A DNA stretch of 64,000 nt, taken from Verrucomicrobiota bacterium (lineage in GTDB: Bacteria > Verrucomicrobiota > Verrucomicrobiia > Opitutales > Opitutaceae). The DNA is taken from positions 9,366-73,365 of the forward strand of contig JAEKKV010000023.1 in the NCBI GenBank assembly GCA_019510185.1. The letters are read 5' to 3'. How positions within the stretch are numbered: position 1 is the first letter of the stretch; each line of letters starts with the position of its first letter. Under the pieces are notes generated by a model. That model saw nothing but the letters and a program-made list of their open reading frames with translations. It made no database searches and had not been told where the DNA came from. This document shows positions 8,903-16,773 of the stretch, in pieces. The position numbers and the translations under genes were made by a program.

Positions 8903-10036
8903 TCACCAGCCGCCGTCGCGGATGCCGAGGTTGTAGGCGCAGCCGCCGCCGCTCTCGTTATCCGTCCATTTCACTTCGCCGTTGAGGCTGTAGTAGGCTT
9001 CCCACGGGAACGCGGTGCCGGTGCAGGTACCGAGATCGCTGCTGCCGCTGGTGTGATCGAGGACGTTCGTGCCTGAGATCACCGTGACAATGGGCGGCGC
9101 GAGCACGCCGGATTTCACCCAGTATTCGGTCTCGTAACGAATGGTGTATTTCGAGGATCCGCTCGATTTCAACTGCACATTATCGCCATTGTGAAAGAGC
9201 TCGTAGGTGCCGAAGAGGTAGCCGACTTGGAACGTGACCCATTGGCCCGGCTGGCTGCGATAGGTGATGCCGGAGGGATAACCGGTCTGGACCTTCAGCG
9301 ACGACATGATGCCCGCAATGCCTGGCAACGTGACCGTGTTTTCCGTATACACCACCGGGGTGCCGGTGAGGTCGCCCGCGTCGTAGCAACTCACCGAGAA
9401 GCCCGGCCACCAGATTTTCATCGAGTTGGCCGAGTTGTCGGCGCAGCCATTGGCCACCATCGCGGCGGTGTTGTAGCTGCCGACCGGGAATTCCTGAGAC
9501 TGGGTGCCGCTATAGGTTCGCGCGCTCCAGAAGGTGGCTCCCGGGCTCACGAAGGCCCATTGCTGGTTGTAGCTGGTGGTGCCCGCCCAGAAATACTGAT
9601 CATCGCCATTCGTCGTTGATCCCAGGTTGTCGAGATAAAGGCCGTTGGCCACATTCTTGATCCGGTAGTAGCCGGTGCCCAAGTCCTCGATAACCCAGCG
9701 CTGGTTGTTGCTGGTGCTGCTCGTCCAGAGATTAACGATCGAGCCGTTGCCGGTATGTCCGACGGAATCGAGATACATGCTGTTGAGGTTGACCATCAAC
9801 TTCCAGTAGCCGGAGCCGCTGGAGAGCGTCCACAACTGGGCGGCGCTCCAGCTCTGGTCATACTGGCGGGCGGGATCGCCGTTGGTCGCACTCGAATAAC
9901 TGTCCAGATATTTTCCGGTGGCGCGGTTGACGAGGTTGTAAGTGCCATTGGCCGGGATGGCGGCGCTGGCGGAAGCGGCTGCAAGCAACAGGGCCGCACA
10001 GGCTCCTAAGAAGGAGGACTGGATGTTTGTTTTCAT
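8903..10036 (-). CDS. Secreted protein: ricin-B lectin (CBM13-like) + beta/gamma-crystallin-like domain + unknown C-terminal domain
   Basis: Signal peptide MKTNIQ...ASA; three QxW repeats (AQLW, NQRW, NQQW); then TFWSARTYSG...ANSMKI...YDAGDLTG...MSSLKV Greek-key pattern. Confidence 0.85.
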   Translation of the reverse strand: MKTNIQSSFLGACAALLLAAASASAAIPANGTYNLVNRATGKYLDSYSSATNGDPARQYDQSWSAAQLWTLSSGSGYWKLMVNLNSMYLDSVGHTGNGSIVNLWTSSTSNNQRWVIEDLGTGYYRIKNVANGLYLDNLGSTTNGDDQYFWAGTTSYNQQWAFVSPGATFWSARTYSGTQSQEFPVGSYNTAAMVANGCADNSANSMKIWWPGFSVSCYDAGDLTGTPVVYTENTVTLPGIAGIMSSLKVQTGYPSGITYRSQPGQWVTFQVGYLFGTYELFHNGDNVQLKSSGSSKYTIRYETEYWVKSGVLAPPIVTVISGTNVLDHTSGSSDLGTCTGTAFPWEAYYSLNGEVKWTDNESGGGCAYNLGIRDGGW

Positions 10037-10206
10037 TTTTTTGGGGTTGAGGGCTGTCGAACGATTCCCCCTCACGAATGGAGAAAAGCGCCCTTTCCGT
10101 TCGATCCGCATGGGGCGAGTCGGATTGGGAACGTCAGAATCCGAAGGGGTTGGGGATGGTGGTAAGAAGGCGGCCGGCCGGGGCCAAAGCTTTCGCCGTT
10201 CTAGCG

Positions 10207-11292
10207 CTAAACCGCGGGTGCCAACTGCGACGACGGGGGCTGCGGGGCCCGGACTTTCGCCGGAAGCGTGCCGCCCTCCTGCCAGCCGCCGTCCACCAGC
10301 ACCTCGCGGGCGAGCTTTGGCAGTCCGGTTTCATTGCGATACATGAGCTCGATCAACGTTTCGATGGCAGCGCGGCCGACTTCCTCGGAATTCTGGTGGA
10401 TGCCCGCATCGGCGTTTCCATCCAGTACGCTCGTTGCCGCCAGCCCGATGTCGCGCGGCACCTCGTGGCCGAGGTCCGCTAGCATCCCGCGCAGCTCCGC
10501 GACTTCGGAAAAGATCGCATCCGGCCGGTTCTCCCGGATCCAGGCGTCGAGCCGCTGGAGGTTCACTTTCCGGGAAGCGCCACGCTCGATGACATGCACC
10601 GGGAGGCGCTCTTCTTCGGGGAGGTTCATCTGGAAAAGAAAGACGCCCGCCTTGCCCCGCATCGAAGAACCGTCAAAGCAGGTGTATCCGATACGCCGAT
10701 ATCCGCGCTCGCGAATTTTATCGCAGGCAAGCAGCGTGCCCTGGATGTGATTGCCCGCCACGACGTGGGCGGGAAAATCGAGGAGGCTGTAGCCGAAGCG
10801 CACGACACTGTAGCGGCTCCAATCCAGGCTCAGGCGGTCGGGCTCCGTTCCGGCCATGCCGCCGTGGGGAGGGACGAGGATCCCCTGGATATTGCGGGCC
10901 TGTAGAATTTTCTCCAGGCGGGAGAAGGAAAGTTCGGGGCCGACGACGAATTCCTCCAGGCCGAAACCGTTGCGCTCGGCCGCTTCCAGCGCCCCCCGCC
11001 AGTAGAGATCAAATTCCTTATATCCCCGCAGCCGTCCCGGTTCCTGCCAGCGATTGATCCAGGCTAGCCCGGCGCAGATCGGATGCTCCATCGAGTGGCG
11101 GCGCTGGTAGGCGAGCGCCGCGGCATTCGGGTTCGGCCGATAGCCCATTTGAGTGGCGACCTGCTGGATCTCCGCGCGCCGCGCCGCGGGAATTTTCGGA
11201 TGTCCGCGCAACGCCAGTGATACGGTCATCACGGATACGTTCATGCTCTTGGCAACGTCACGAAGGGTCACTCTGGGCGTCAGGGCATTCAT
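10207..11292 (-). CDS. LacI-family transcriptional regulator
   Basis: VTLRDVAKSMNVSVMTVSLALRG HTH, MGYRPNPNAAAL hinge, sugar-binding domain; start chosen at MNALTP. Confidence 0.93.
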   Translation of the reverse strand: MNALTPRVTLRDVAKSMNVSVMTVSLALRGHPKIPAARRAEIQQVATQMGYRPNPNAAALAYQRRHSMEHPICAGLAWINRWQEPGRLRGYKEFDLYWRGALEAAERNGFGLEEFVVGPELSFSRLEKILQARNIQGILVPPHGGMAGTEPDRLSLDWSRYSVVRFGYSLLDFPAHVVAGNHIQGTLLACDKIRERGYRRIGYTCFDGSSMRGKAGVFLFQMNLPEEERLPVHVIERGASRKVNLQRLDAWIRENRPDAIFSEVAELRGMLADLGHEVPRDIGLAATSVLDGNADAGIHQNSEEVGRAAIETLIELMYRNETGLPKLAREVLVDGGWQEGGTLPAKVRAPQPPSSQLAPAV

Positions 11293-11532
11293 ACGGCAAC
11301 CAAGCGGGCGAAAGTCTCCGCTGGGACGGACTTCGGGTGAACGGAGGGGAGGGGTGGGGGAGGCAACTGACCGCTTTTGCAATAACCTGTCATCAATTGC
11401 CCTCATTTTGTTCCCGGAGGAACTCCGGCGTTGGTTTAACGGTATACCAGAGAAGTCTTCTTTGCTTGCCGTGCCAGACGTTAAGTTTCGCAGGAGCGGG
11501 CGTATTCCCGTGAACGTCCGTCAGCGCCTATC

Positions 11533-11994
11533 ATGAAAAAAGAACTCCTTGTCGTTGGGGTGCTGGCTGTCGTGGCCGTCGGCCTCGGATGGGCTGCGCG
11601 CGAGATGCGCGGCGATCATTTGCTGTCTCCGCCTGCCGTGGCTGTTGGCGAATTTCCGGCGAAGGTGGATCTCGCTGCTTTTAGAAAAATGGTGGAAGGA
11701 AAAACGGCGGTGATTTTCGATGCGAGGGCGAAAAGGTTTTATGACCAGGGGCATGTTCCCGGCGCGGTGAGCCTGCCCAAGCCGGATTTTGACCGCGAGG
11801 GCGTACGCCATCCGTCCTTGGCCGGCGTCGTCCCTACAGATTCAATCGTGGTGTATTGCAGCGGTCCGCAATGCCACGATTCCGGTCTGGTTGCGGATGG
11901 ACTCGCCCATCTTGGCTATGGGAAAATTTTCCTTTTCAAGGGCGGCTGGCATGAGTGGCGGGAGGCCGGCTATCCCGCGGAAAGCGCGCCATGA
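11533..11994 (+). CDS. Rhodanese-like domain protein with N-terminal signal/anchor
   Basis: DARAKRFYDQGHVPGA, VVYCSGPQC and FKGGWHEW rhodanese motifs. Confidence 0.9.
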   Translation: MKKELLVVGVLAVVAVGLGWAAREMRGDHLLSPPAVAVGEFPAKVDLAAFRKMVEGKTAVIFDARAKRFYDQGHVPGAVSLPKPDFDREGVRHPSLAGVVPTDSIVVYCSGPQCHDSGLVADGLAHLGYGKIFLFKGGWHEWREAGYPAESAP

Positions 11995-12464
11995 GACGGT
12001 GGAGATCATGGTTGGCGTGCGCGGCTCGTTGCGCGCTGGGCTGCGGTTTTCTGTACGCGGGCATGGTGAAATTTCAGGACCCCGGAGCGTTCGCCGGCGC
12101 GATCGCGGCCTTTCAACTGCTGCCACCGGCCGGCGTCGAATGGCTGGCCGGCAGTCTTCCTTCCTTCGAGATCCTGCTTGGGGCGCTATTGCTTACCGGC
12201 TGGCAGCTCCCGGCGGCCGCTCTTGCTGCCACGCTGCTGGCGTCGGGATTTGCCGCGGCTTTGGGCTTGGCACTTGCACGCGGTCTGGTCGTCGACTGCG
12301 GATGCTTCGGAGAAGGCGCGCCTTCCATCCGGCATACTTGGGTCGCTCTCGGTCGGGACATCGTTGTTTTGATCGCCGCTTGCTGGCTTTATCGTGTGGG
12401 TCGCGCAGGCCGAGCTTTGGCTCCGGTCATGAGCAAGGGGGCAGCGGATCCGACGCCTTCATGA
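11991..12464 (+). CDS. DoxX/MauE-family membrane protein
   Basis: FLYAGMVKFQDP, LPSFEILLG and VVDCGCFG motifs; ATGA overlap with the rhodanese gene. Confidence 0.85.
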   Translation: MRRWRSWLACAARCALGCGFLYAGMVKFQDPGAFAGAIAAFQLLPPAGVEWLAGSLPSFEILLGALLLTGWQLPAAALAATLLASGFAAALGLALARGLVVDCGCFGEGAPSIRHTWVALGRDIVVLIAACWLYRVGRAGRALAPVMSKGAADPTPS

Positions 12465-12490
12465 ATCATCGCCCCGGCAGTTTTGGCCGC

Positions 12491-12522
12491 AAAAAAGCCG
12501 CCTCGGAATCCGGGGCGGCTTT
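12491..12522. terminator. Terminator between convergent doxX and sodA
   Basis: AAAGCCGCCTCGG-AAT-CCGGGGCGGCTTT stem with an A-run on the left. Confidence 0.75.
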
Positions 12523-12544
12523 GAAATCAAAACGCAGACGACAC

Positions 12545-13177
12545 TCAGGCGATAGCGTTGAGGTATTTGGCCTCGGCGGCGTCCCAATCGACCACATTCC
12601 AGAAGGCGGCGATGTAGTCGGGCCGGCGGTTTTGGTAGTGGAGATAGTAGGCGTGCTCCCAAACATCGAGGGCGATGACGGGTTGGCCTTCGATGCCGGC
12701 GACGGCCTTGCCCATGACCGGGCTGTCCTGATTGGCGGTGGAGCCGATCGCGAGTTTCTTGTCGGCCGTGACGACGAGCCAAGCCCAGCCGGAGCCGAAG
12801 CGCGTGGCGCCGGCCTTGGCGAACTCTTCCTTGAATTTGTCGAAGCCGCCAAAGGTCGCAGTGATGGCTTCGGCGAGCTTGCCCTTGGGGGCGCCGCCCT
12901 TGCCCGGGCCGATGATTTTCCAGAAGAACGAGTGGTTGGCGTGGCCGCCGCCGTTGTTGCGCACCGCGCCGCGGATGGACTCGGGGACCTTGGAGAGGTC
13001 GGAGATGAGGTCGCACACACACTCGGGGCCGGTGATGCCCGCGGAGGCGAGGGCGTTGTTCACGTTGGTGATGTAGGCCTGATGATGCTTGGAGTGATGG
13101 ATCTCCATCGTCTTGGCATCGATGTGAGGAACGAGCGCGTCGTAAGCGTAGGCGAGTTTCGGAAGTTCGTAGGCCAT
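12545..13177 (-). CDS. sodA: Superoxide dismutase, Fe/Mn family (Mn-type signature)
   Basis: [18 protein letters not shown] and DVWEHAYY motifs. Confidence 0.95.
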   Translation of the reverse strand: MAYELPKLAYAYDALVPHIDAKTMEIHHSKHHQAYITNVNNALASAGITGPECVCDLISDLSKVPESIRGAVRNNGGGHANHSFFWKIIGPGKGGAPKGKLAEAITATFGGFDKFKEEFAKAGATRFGSGWAWLVVTADKKLAIGSTANQDSPVMGKAVAGIEGQPVIALDVWEHAYYLHYQNRRPDYIAAFWNVVDWDAAEAKYLNAIA

Positions 13178-13290
13178 GTGAGGTGGGTTTTAAAGGTTGA
13201 ACGAAAGAAGTCCCAACGTGGGCGGGCACGGCAAACGCGTCAACCATGCAAGGCGGATTCCACTTCGGGGAAATCCCCGAGGGCACGCGG

Positions 13291-13449
13291 TTAAAGTCCG
13301 AAATGCCGCGCCAGCCGCCAGCCGAGGTAAACGCCGAGAAGCGAACCGAGGCTGCTGAGAAAAAACGCCCACATGAACCCGAGCGGCTCCGCCAGATACC
13401 AGACCGCATAGGTCATGATCACCGAGCAGAGTCCGATCAGGAGTTTCAT
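13291..13449 (-). CDS. Small two-helix membrane protein (52 aa), not in the ORF track
   Basis: Hand translation MKLLIGLCSVIMTYAVWYLAEPLGFMWAFFLSSLGSLLGVYLGWRLARHFGL; starts 4 nt after the hprK stop. Confidence 0.7.
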   Translation of the reverse strand: MKLLIGLCSVIMTYAVWYLAEPLGFMWAFFLSSLGSLLGVYLGWRLARHFGL

Positions 13450-13452
13450 GGC

Positions 13453-14457
13453 TTAGGTGCCGGCGGCGGGCTCTGAGCGCTCGACGGGTTTGACCGTGCG
13501 GGTCTTTTCCTCGGCCTGGCGGGACATGAACTCGATCAGGCGGTCGTTGAAAGTCTTGGCGGGATCATGGCCCATTTTCTTAAGGGCCTGCACGAGCGCG
13601 GCGACCTCGACGAGGCGGGCGATGTCGCGGCCGGGGCGCACGTAGAGCTCCACGTGGGGAAGGCGCATGCCGAGGATTTCGTAAAAATTCTCTTCCAGTC
13701 CGGTGCGTTCCTCGATCACCTCGGGCGTCCATTCGCGCAGGGAGACGACCATGTCGATGCGCTGGTCGATACGGACGCTTTTGACGCCGAACATTTCCGC
13801 GATGTTGATGATGCCGATGCCGCGACACTCCATGTAGCCGCGGTTGAGCGGGCGGCTGGAGGCGATCAGGTCGCGTTCGTCGACGAGCTTGATGACGGTG
13901 AGATCGTCGGCCACGAGCGAGTGGCCGCGTTCGATGAGGGCGAGGGCGCACTCGCTTTTGCCCACGCCGGAGTCGCCGCGAAGCATCACGCCGACGCCCT
14001 TCACGTCGAGGGTGGTGGCGTGCTCGGTGGACGAGGGGGCGAACTCGTTGTCGATGCAGAGCGTGGCCAGGTTCACCCAGTTCATGGTGATCATGGGCGT
14101 GCGGAAGAGCGGCAGGTTGCGCTCCTGCGCGACCACGAGCAGCGGGTGCGTGGGGTGAAAATTGCGCGTGAGCACGATGCAGGGGATGCCCCGGTCGATC
14201 ATTTCATTGATGATCACGATCTGCTCCCGCTGGCCGATGCTCTTGAGGTAGGTCATCTCGGCCGCGCCGAGGATCTGAATGCGTTTGTTGGCGAAATATT
14301 TGAAGAAGCCGGTGAGGGCGAGCGACGGGCGGTTGATGGAGCCTTCGCGGATGAGGCGGTGCAGGCCGTCGGCGCCGGTGACGAGCTCGAGCTTGAGCTT
14401 TTCGCGGTAGGTTTCGAAAAAATGCGAGACCGTGATTCCGTGGATGGCCTTGAGCAT
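13453..14457 (-). CDS. hprK: HPr kinase/phosphorylase
   Basis: GVMLRGDSGVGKSECAL Walker A, LVADD and MECRGIGII signature. Confidence 0.96.
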   Translation of the reverse strand: MLKAIHGITVSHFFETYREKLKLELVTGADGLHRLIREGSINRPSLALTGFFKYFANKRIQILGAAEMTYLKSIGQREQIVIINEMIDRGIPCIVLTRNFHPTHPLLVVAQERNLPLFRTPMITMNWVNLATLCIDNEFAPSSTEHATTLDVKGVGVMLRGDSGVGKSECALALIERGHSLVADDLTVIKLVDERDLIASSRPLNRGYMECRGIGIINIAEMFGVKSVRIDQRIDMVVSLREWTPEVIEERTGLEENFYEILGMRLPHVELYVRPGRDIARLVEVAALVQALKKMGHDPAKTFNDRLIEFMSRQAEEKTRTVKPVERSEPAAGT

Positions 14458-14496
14458 GGGAGGAGGGCGTGGCTGGAGTCGGGAGCTGGGACCGGA

Positions 14497-15243
14497 CTAG
14501 AGGTTGAAATCCTTGCCGAGGTAGAACTCGCGGGCCTGGGCGTCGTTGATGAGGAACGCACCGGTGCCCTCGGTGAGGACGCGGCCTTGGTGGATGAGGT
14601 AGGCGCGGTCGACGATGCGGAGGGTTTCGCGGACGTTGTGGTCGGTGATGATCACGCCGATGCCGCGGGCCTTGAGATCGAGGATGATTTTCTGCACCTC
14701 CGCGACGGAGATCGGATCGATGGCGGCGAAGGGCTCGTCCATCAGCAGAAACTTGGGATTCGTGACGAGGGCTCGGGCGATTTCGAGGCGGCGGCGCTCG
14801 CCGCCGGAAAGGGTGTAGGCGGGCTGACGGGCGACTTGGGTGAGGTGAAGCTCCTCCAGGTGGCGTTGGACGATCCCGGCGCGTTCGCGGCGGGGGACGC
14901 CGATGGCCTCGACGATGGCGAGGATGTTCTCGGTGACGGTGAGCTTGCGGAAGGTGGACGGTTCCTGCGGCAGGTAGCCGAGCCCGAGGCGGGCGCGTTC
15001 GTGCATGCGCAGGTGGGTGATGTCGCGGCCGTTGAGGGTGACATTGCCCCGGGTGGCGGGCACGAGACCCACGACCATGTAAAACGTGGTGGTCTTGCCC
15101 GCGCCATTGGGGCCGAGCAGCCCCACGATCTCACCGGCATGGACGCGCAGATCGACGCCGTTGACGACGGAGCGCGGGCCGTAGGTTTTGACGAGGCCGG
15201 TGGTGACGATTTCCGCTGTGGCGGGGGAGGCGGGGGCGGTCAT
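14497..15243 (-). CDS. lptB: LPS export ABC transporter ATP-binding protein
   Basis: GPNGAGKTT, LSGGERRRLEIARAL, MDEPFAAIDP and TDHNVRETL. Confidence 0.96.
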   Translation of the reverse strand: MTAPASPATAEIVTTGLVKTYGPRSVVNGVDLRVHAGEIVGLLGPNGAGKTTTFYMVVGLVPATRGNVTLNGRDITHLRMHERARLGLGYLPQEPSTFRKLTVTENILAIVEAIGVPRRERAGIVQRHLEELHLTQVARQPAYTLSGGERRRLEIARALVTNPKFLLMDEPFAAIDPISVAEVQKIILDLKARGIGVIITDHNVRETLRIVDRAYLIHQGRVLTEGTGAFLINDAQAREFYLGKDFNL

Positions 15244-15818
15244 TTGGAGAGGACCGGTGACTGCATGGGCTTTTCCTTGTCGAAGCCGAGATCCTTGATG
15301 GGCGGCCCGGTCATTTCGATGTTGTCGCCGAAGAGACGGCGCTCGCCGCGGAGGAGAATGATGCGGGTGCCCTTGGCGACATAGGGACCGGAGCTGTCGA
15401 TGACGACGGGGCTTTCGGTAAGGACGACACGGTTTTCGAGGGGAAACACCTCGGCGCGGCCGCAGGTGACGTCGCGATCGCCCTGCACGATATGCACATG
15501 GCCGGTGGCGACGAGGGTCTTGAATTTGTCGAGTGTCCCGACGGTGGCCTCCTTGTCACCGAGGCGGCTGGCGAGCACGTCGAGGTGATCGCAGGTGATC
15601 CGCATGTTGTTGCCGGTGACGACGACGTTGTGATCGAAGATGGCGTGCGTCTCCGTATCGGTGCTGCGCATGTCCAGGGTCTTGCTGGTGATGACCGTGG
15701 GGATGATCGGACCGGAGCCGGCCGCGGGTTTTTCAGCGGCAAAAAGGGCGGCGGAAAGACTGAGCGCGAGCAGGCCGGTTCCCGCACGGAGAACGGAGGA
15801 CGAAAAAAGGAAACTCAT
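15240..15818 (-). CDS. lptA: LptA/OstA-family periplasmic LPS transport protein
   Basis: Signal peptide, beta-jellyroll pattern (AIFDHNVVV, ATGHVHIVQ); between lptC and lptB. Confidence 0.82.
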   Translation of the reverse strand: MSFLFSSSVLRAGTGLLALSLSAALFAAEKPAAGSGPIIPTVITSKTLDMRSTDTETHAIFDHNVVVTGNNMRITCDHLDVLASRLGDKEATVGTLDKFKTLVATGHVHIVQGDRDVTCGRAEVFPLENRVVLTESPVVIDSSGPYVAKGTRIILLRGERRLFGDNIEMTGPPIKDLGFDKEKPMQSPVLSK

Positions 15819-16258
15819 TTGATAATGTCTTTAAGCTCGTCGCGGAAAGTGACGCGCGCGTTGTTCTCGATCAAAACTCTTTTCTCCTGGTGAAAGTAGG
15901 TCCACTGCTCGCCGGTGACCTCCAGGTCGTCGCGCAGGAAGTGCACGGACTCATGGCCGCCGACGGTCTGCCGGTCGGTGTTGACCGTGGCCGACGGGCT
16001 GGTGAGCACGCTGTCGATCCGGCCGGAATTATCGCTGGTGAAGAGCGTGAGATTCATGTCCTTCGCGTCGATCCGGGTGTTGCTCACAATGACGGCCTCG
16101 GCCGCGCTCAAAAACGTGGTGCGGTGGCCATCCTTGTCGAAGGAGGGCAGCCGGAAGTTTTTGATCGGGGCGCTGCTTTTGACTTGGGGAGTGGATTGCG
16201 CCTGCAAGGCGGTGGTCCCGGTCAGGACGAGCAAGGCGGTGAGGAGGCGGAGGTTCAC
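15815..16258 (-). CDS. lptC: LptC-family LPS export protein
   Basis: N-terminal anchor, beta-rich OstA-like domain; canonical kdsC-lptCAB context. Confidence 0.72.
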   Translation of the reverse strand: MNLRLLTALLVLTGTTALQAQSTPQVKSSAPIKNFRLPSFDKDGHRTTFLSAAEAVIVSNTRIDAKDMNLTLFTSDNSGRIDSVLTSPSATVNTDRQTVGGHESVHFLRDDLEVTGEQWTYFHQEKRVLIENNARVTFRDELKDIIK

Positions 16259-16767
16259 GCGGGGAAGGTATGACCGTGGGCGGCGAGGATATGTTCACAC
16301 ACTTCGCGGACCGCGCCGCGGCCGGCGGGACGGCGGGTGATGTAGACGGAGGCGGAGATCGCGGCCGGCATGGCGTCGGGTACGCTGACGCCGATACCGG
16401 CCCAGCGGAGGGCGGGCGCGTCAATGTCGTCGTCGCCCATGTAAACGATCTGGGCGGCGTTCAAACCGAGGGTGGTGGCGAGCTCGCGAAGGGCGGTGAT
16501 CTTGTCCACGCGGCCCTGGACGAGGTGGGGAATTTTCAGCTCGGTGGCGCGGACGGTGGTCGCGCCGGAGAGGCGTCCGCTGATCCAGGCGGTGGCGATG
16601 CCGTGTTTGCCGAGGCGGACGAGTCCCATGCCGTCGAGGATGGAGAAGCTCTTGCTCTCGGTGCCGTCGGAGGAGACGTGCACGGTGCCGTCGGTCAGAA
16701 TGCCATCCACATCCATGGCGAAGAGGCGGATGGCGGCCCAGCGGTCGGAGGAGATGAGGGCTTTCAT
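16255..16767 (-). CDS. kdsC: KDO-8-phosphate phosphatase (HAD family)
   Basis: MDVDGILTDG, YMGDDDID and GRGAVREVCE motifs. Confidence 0.92.
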   Translation of the reverse strand: MKALISSDRWAAIRLFAMDVDGILTDGTVHVSSDGTESKSFSILDGMGLVRLGKHGIATAWISGRLSGATTVRATELKIPHLVQGRVDKITALRELATTLGLNAAQIVYMGDDDIDAPALRWAGIGVSVPDAMPAAISASVYITRRPAGRGAVREVCEHILAAHGHTFPA

Positions 16768-16773
16768 GGGAGG

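Noticed and set aside
9570-9870. Repeated DNA segments such as CTGGTTGTTGCTGGTG / CTGGTTGTAGCTGGTG, considered as a possible CRISPR array
   Set aside because: They are the coding QxW subdomain repeats of the ricin domain, are imperfect, and no cas genes are present.
6146-12540. Formal genomic island at tRNA-Met
   Set aside because: No integrase in this stretch, and by eye no duplication of the tRNA 3' end near 11.4-12.5 kb. Kept only as an accessory cassette.
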